Source: Bacteroidales bacterium
Lineage (GTDB): Bacteria; Bacteroidota; Bacteroidia; Bacteroidales; WCHB1-69
Direction of reading: 5' to 3'
Assembly: GCA_045130275.1 (NCBI GenBank)
Contig: JBGUPL010000081.1
Coordinates: 1,270-65,269, forward strand
Length of the DNA stretch: 64,000 nucleotides
Under the pieces are notes generated by a model. It did no database searches and was not told the DNA's origin. It saw only the letters and a program-made list of their open reading frames with translations. Of this stretch, positions 61,089-64,000 are shown piece after piece. A program made the position numbers and the translations under genes. Positions within the stretch are counted from its first letter, which is position 1, and the number at the start of each line of letters is the position of its first letter.

Positions 61089-61622
61089 TTAATCATCCAA
61101 ATCTCTGTTGGAGGAGATGCCCATCTTTTGGAGCACCTGCTCGTTGATGTCCCACTTCGGGTCAGCGTAAATGATGGTCAGGTCGCCAGCGGTGTCAAAC
61201 ACGAAGGCGTAGCCTTTTTCTTTGGCATAATCGTTCACGGCATTTATCACGCGGTCTTGGATAGGTTTTACCAATTCCTCGCGTTTCTTGAAGAGGTCGC
61301 CGTTCTGACCGAAACGTTTCTTTTGCAGCTCTTTAGCGGCTTTCTCTTGGTTGATGATAGCTTCTTCGCGGCTTTGTTTGATTTGTTCAGGCAGCGTGAT
61401 GGACTCCACCTGGTAACGTTTGTACATGGAATCGATGGTGGAGAATTTGGCTTCGATTTCTTTTTGCCATTGTACGGCAACACGGTCTAATTCTGCCTGA
61501 GCTTCCTTATACTCAGGGATTTGAGAAAGAAGATATTCGGAATTGATATACGCGTATTTTTGCGCGAATCCGAAAAACATGAGCAGTGTGAATAATCCTG
61601 TGAATAAGAGTTGCTTTTTCAT
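61089..61622 (-). CDS. OmpH/Skp-family periplasmic chaperone (divergent third copy)
   Basis: KYAYINSEYLLSQIPEYKEAQAELDR pattern. Confidence 0.8.
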   Translation of the reverse strand: MKKQLLFTGLFTLLMFFGFAQKYAYINSEYLLSQIPEYKEAQAELDRVAVQWQKEIEAKFSTIDSMYKRYQVESITLPEQIKQSREEAIINQEKAAKELQKKRFGQNGDLFKKREELVKPIQDRVINAVNDYAKEKGYAFVFDTAGDLTIIYADPKWDINEQVLQKMGISSNRDLDD

Positions 61623-61673
61623 ATCCTGAAATAATTTTGATGACGTTGTAAAGACTGTTATTTTGGAATAAGT

Positions 61674-64000
61674 TTAATCGATGGATTGGTTGATGGAGAT
61701 ATGGAAGTGGCTGCCAGAGCTGGTAGAGGGCATTCCGGGCACGGGGTCGAAACCGTAGCCCCAGTCGAAGCCGAGCAGGCCGAACATGGGAAGATAGACG
61801 CGTACGCCCAAACCGAGGGACTTGTACATATCGAACGGGTTGTATTGTCGTTTGTCAATCCAGCCTTTACCAGCTTCCGCGAAAGCCAGCACATAGACTG
61901 TGGCCGACGGATTCAGCGTGATAGGATAGCGCAGCTCCGCTGTGAATTTCTGGTAGATGGAGGCGCCTATGACGTTGCCGTTCACGTTGGGAGACAGCAC
62001 TTCGTCGTCGTAACCGCGCATACCGATGATTTCACGACCATCGTAGGACCAGTTGGACATGCCGTCGCCGCCCAGGTAAAAACGTCCGAACGGGGAGATG
62101 CCGATAGTCTGGTTATAACAACCCATGAATCCCATCTTCATACGCACGTTGAGGACGAGATTGTCCACAATGCGTGTAAACCACGACACATTGAACTTCC
62201 ATTTGTGGAATTCCAGGAACTTGTATTTTTCCTGGTCGGTAGCCCCGGTGTAGTCTTTGTGTCCGATGACGGAGTAGGGCGGGGTGAGTTGTAGGGAGAA
62301 TGAAATGTCAGAGCCTTCTCGCGGGTAGATGGGGGCGTTGACGGAGTTGCGCGACAACGTGAAAATATAACTGATACTGTGTGCGTAACCATTGGAGAAA
62401 ATGAATCCGCCCCAGTTCCGCACTTTGTAGTATTCGTAAGAGAGTGTGTGCGACATGTGGAAGTAATCGTCAGGCCATTTTAGCTTGTTGGCCAAAGATA
62501 GGGAGGCACCTGCGATGCTGGTGTAAGCAAATAGACTGTCTTTTCTGGAGTAGCCGTTGTTTTGGCGTTGGTAATAAACACCTAATGTCAAAGCGTTGGG
62601 TTTTTTGCCGCCGAGCCACGGTTCCGTGAAGGAGAAACTGTAGTACTGGTAATATTTGGTGCTGACGGAGGCGTTGAGGGAGATGCGCTGACCGTCACCG
62701 CCCGGGATGGGTGTCCAAGCATCTTTCTTGAAAAGTTTCCGTGTGGAGAAATTGTTGAAGGTGATGCCGGCGGTGAGCATGAACCCCGTGGCACCGTAAC
62801 CGGCAGATAGTGAGAGTTGGTCGGAACTGGTTTCCTCCACCACGTAATTGATGTCAACGGTGCCGTCAGCCTCGTTCGGCTTCGGTTGCACGTCCATCTT
62901 TTCCTGGTTGAAGTAGCCCATAGACATCAGCATTTGTTGCGAACGGATGATGTCGGCACGGTTGAACAACTGTCCTGGAATAGTGGTCAGTTCACGCAGG
63001 ATCACGTTGTCGTTGGTTTTGGTGTTACCCGAGACAGTGATCTTATTGTATTTTGCTTGTTTGCCTTCGCGGATACGGATTTCGATGTCTATGGAGTCGC
63101 CATCGATGCCCACTTCCACAGGGTTGGCACTGAAAAACAGGTAGCCGTTGTTCATGTAGAGAGAGGCGATGTCCTCGCCGTCCTCCTTCATGGTTAGGTT
63201 TTTGTTGAGCAAGGTTTGGTTGTACACGTCGCCTTTGTTGATCCCCAAAAGTTGTTTTAGCAGCGAGGTCGGATAAATGGTGTTTCCGATGAAATTGATG
63301 TTGCGGAAATAGTACTGAGGACCTTCGTTGACATCAATGTCAATGTACATTTTGTTGTTTTTCACATAGAATGTATCATTTGTGATGACGGCATCGCGGT
63401 AGCCGAGCTCGTTGTACCGGTTAATGAGGTTCACCTTGTCTTTTTCATAATTTGCCTTGATGAACTTCGAAGGTTTGAAAATCCGGAGTTTCACACGGTC
63501 GGAGAAATAGTCATCCATGTGGTCTTTGATGTCTTTGGACTCGTAGTAGCCTTTGTGTTTGAGGCAGTAGGCGATGGCGGTGTCAGCCTTGTAGAAAGGC
63601 ATAAAGCGGAAACGTTCCTTGGTTTCCTTCATGGATCGCAGCAGCACGGCATCGGTGACGCCGGAGTTGCCGTTGATATTGATCTTTTCTATTTTGACTT
63701 TCTTGGATTTTTGGATGTTGAACAACAGATTGACGGCGTTTTTGACTTTCTCGTCGGGAATCTCCTGGACATCCACTTGACAGCTATAGAAGCCTTTGTC
63801 GATGTAGTATTTGCGGATGATGTTCTGGCAGGTGATTTTCATGTTGTCGTTGACGATGTTGCCCTGAGCGATGCCCATCTTTTCGCGGAGGTCGTTTTCC
63901 TCGCTCTTGGTGGTTCCTTTAAAGCCGAAGGCGCTCAGTCGGGCGCGGTCTTCGAGGCGGATGTCGAGGAAAATGAGGTTGCCTTGCACGCGTGTGGCAG
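61674..64000 (-). CDS. bamA: outer membrane protein assembly factor BamA (partial; N-terminus beyond window end)
   Basis: POTRA repeats followed by a 16-strand barrel region. Located upstream of the skp genes. Confidence 0.9.
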   Translation of the reverse strand, partial: ATRVQGNLIFLDIRLEDRARLSAFGFKGTTKSEENDLREKMGIAQGNIVNDNMKITCQNIIRKYYIDKGFYSCQVDVQEIPDEKVKNAVNLLFNIQKSKKVKIEKININGNSGVTDAVLLRSMKETKERFRFMPFYKADTAIAYCLKHKGYYESKDIKDHMDDYFSDRVKLRIFKPSKFIKANYEKDKVNLINRYNELGYRDAVITNDTFYVKNNKMYIDIDVNEGPQYYFRNINFIGNTIYPTSLLKQLLGINKGDVYNQTLLNKNLTMKEDGEDIASLYMNNGYLFFSANPVEVGIDGDSIDIEIRIREGKQAKYNKITVSGNTKTNDNVILRELTTIPGQLFNRADIIRSQQMLMSMGYFNQEKMDVQPKPNEADGTVDINYVVEETSSDQLSLSAGYGATGFMLTAGITFNNFSTRKLFKKDAWTPIPGGDGQRISLNASVSTKYYQYYSFSFTEPWLGGKKPNALTLGVYYQRQNNGYSRKDSLFAYTSIAGASLSLANKLKWPDDYFHMSHTLSYEYYKVRNWGGFIFSNGYAHSISYIFTLSRNSVNAPIYPREGSDISFSLQLTPPYSVIGHKDYTGATDQEKYKFLEFHKWKFNVSWFTRIVDNLVLNVRMKMGFMGCYNQTIGISPFGRFYLGGDGMSNWSYDGREIIGMRGYDDEVLSPNVNGNVIGASIYQKFTAELRYPITLNPSATVYVLAFAEAGKGWIDKRQYNPFDMYKSLGLGVRVYLPMFGLLGFDWGYGFDPVPGMPSTSSGSHFHISINQSID

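Overview
This 64-kb window looks like chromosomal DNA from a Bacteroidota organism, probably a Prevotella-like Bacteroidales. The taxon call is an inference from three things: TAnnTTTG -7 promoter boxes 20-60 nt upstream of many start codons, the absence of Shine-Dalgarno sites, and the presence of a PorP/SprF T9SS gene and a bamA-skp block. I call about 63 protein genes and one tRNA-Cys. Most genes are housekeeping: ftsQAZ, pyrBI, pyrC, rimO, rsmA, rarA, waaA, nadK, buk, trxA, pepP, dcp and bamA with three skp/ompH copies. There is also a hydrogenase-maturation neighbourhood (hypB, hypA, hydF), a HicAB pair and a seven-gene operon headed by an ECF sigma factor whose other products are uncharacterised envelope proteins. 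The most unusual signal lies outside the genes, in a recurring set of repeat types that fills almost every spacer. (i) In the hyp region, 14-18-bp units (TAAYYAACA plus a GAA/GCA-loop mini-hairpin such as GCGAAGC) form inverted left and right arms. One arm pair encloses an AT-rich four-helix-bundle ORF of the 23S-rRNA-intervening-sequence type, and two other pairs enclose nothing. (ii) Degenerate arrays of about 7-bp period (GGTTAAW, CCAAYAG, GGCAAMA, GAATKAA, CACTRAT and others) sit at or across stop codons throughout the window. (iii) A two-hairpin REP-like element family and a GTAGAGACG hairpin family are also present. These repeats often supply stop codons, C-terminal tails and, in one case, a start codon. 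Other points of interest are a rarA ORF that runs without a stop codon into a porP/sprF-like gene carrying a T10 tract, and a 133-bp convergent coding overlap. I ran no database searches. All family calls rest on motifs read from the translations.
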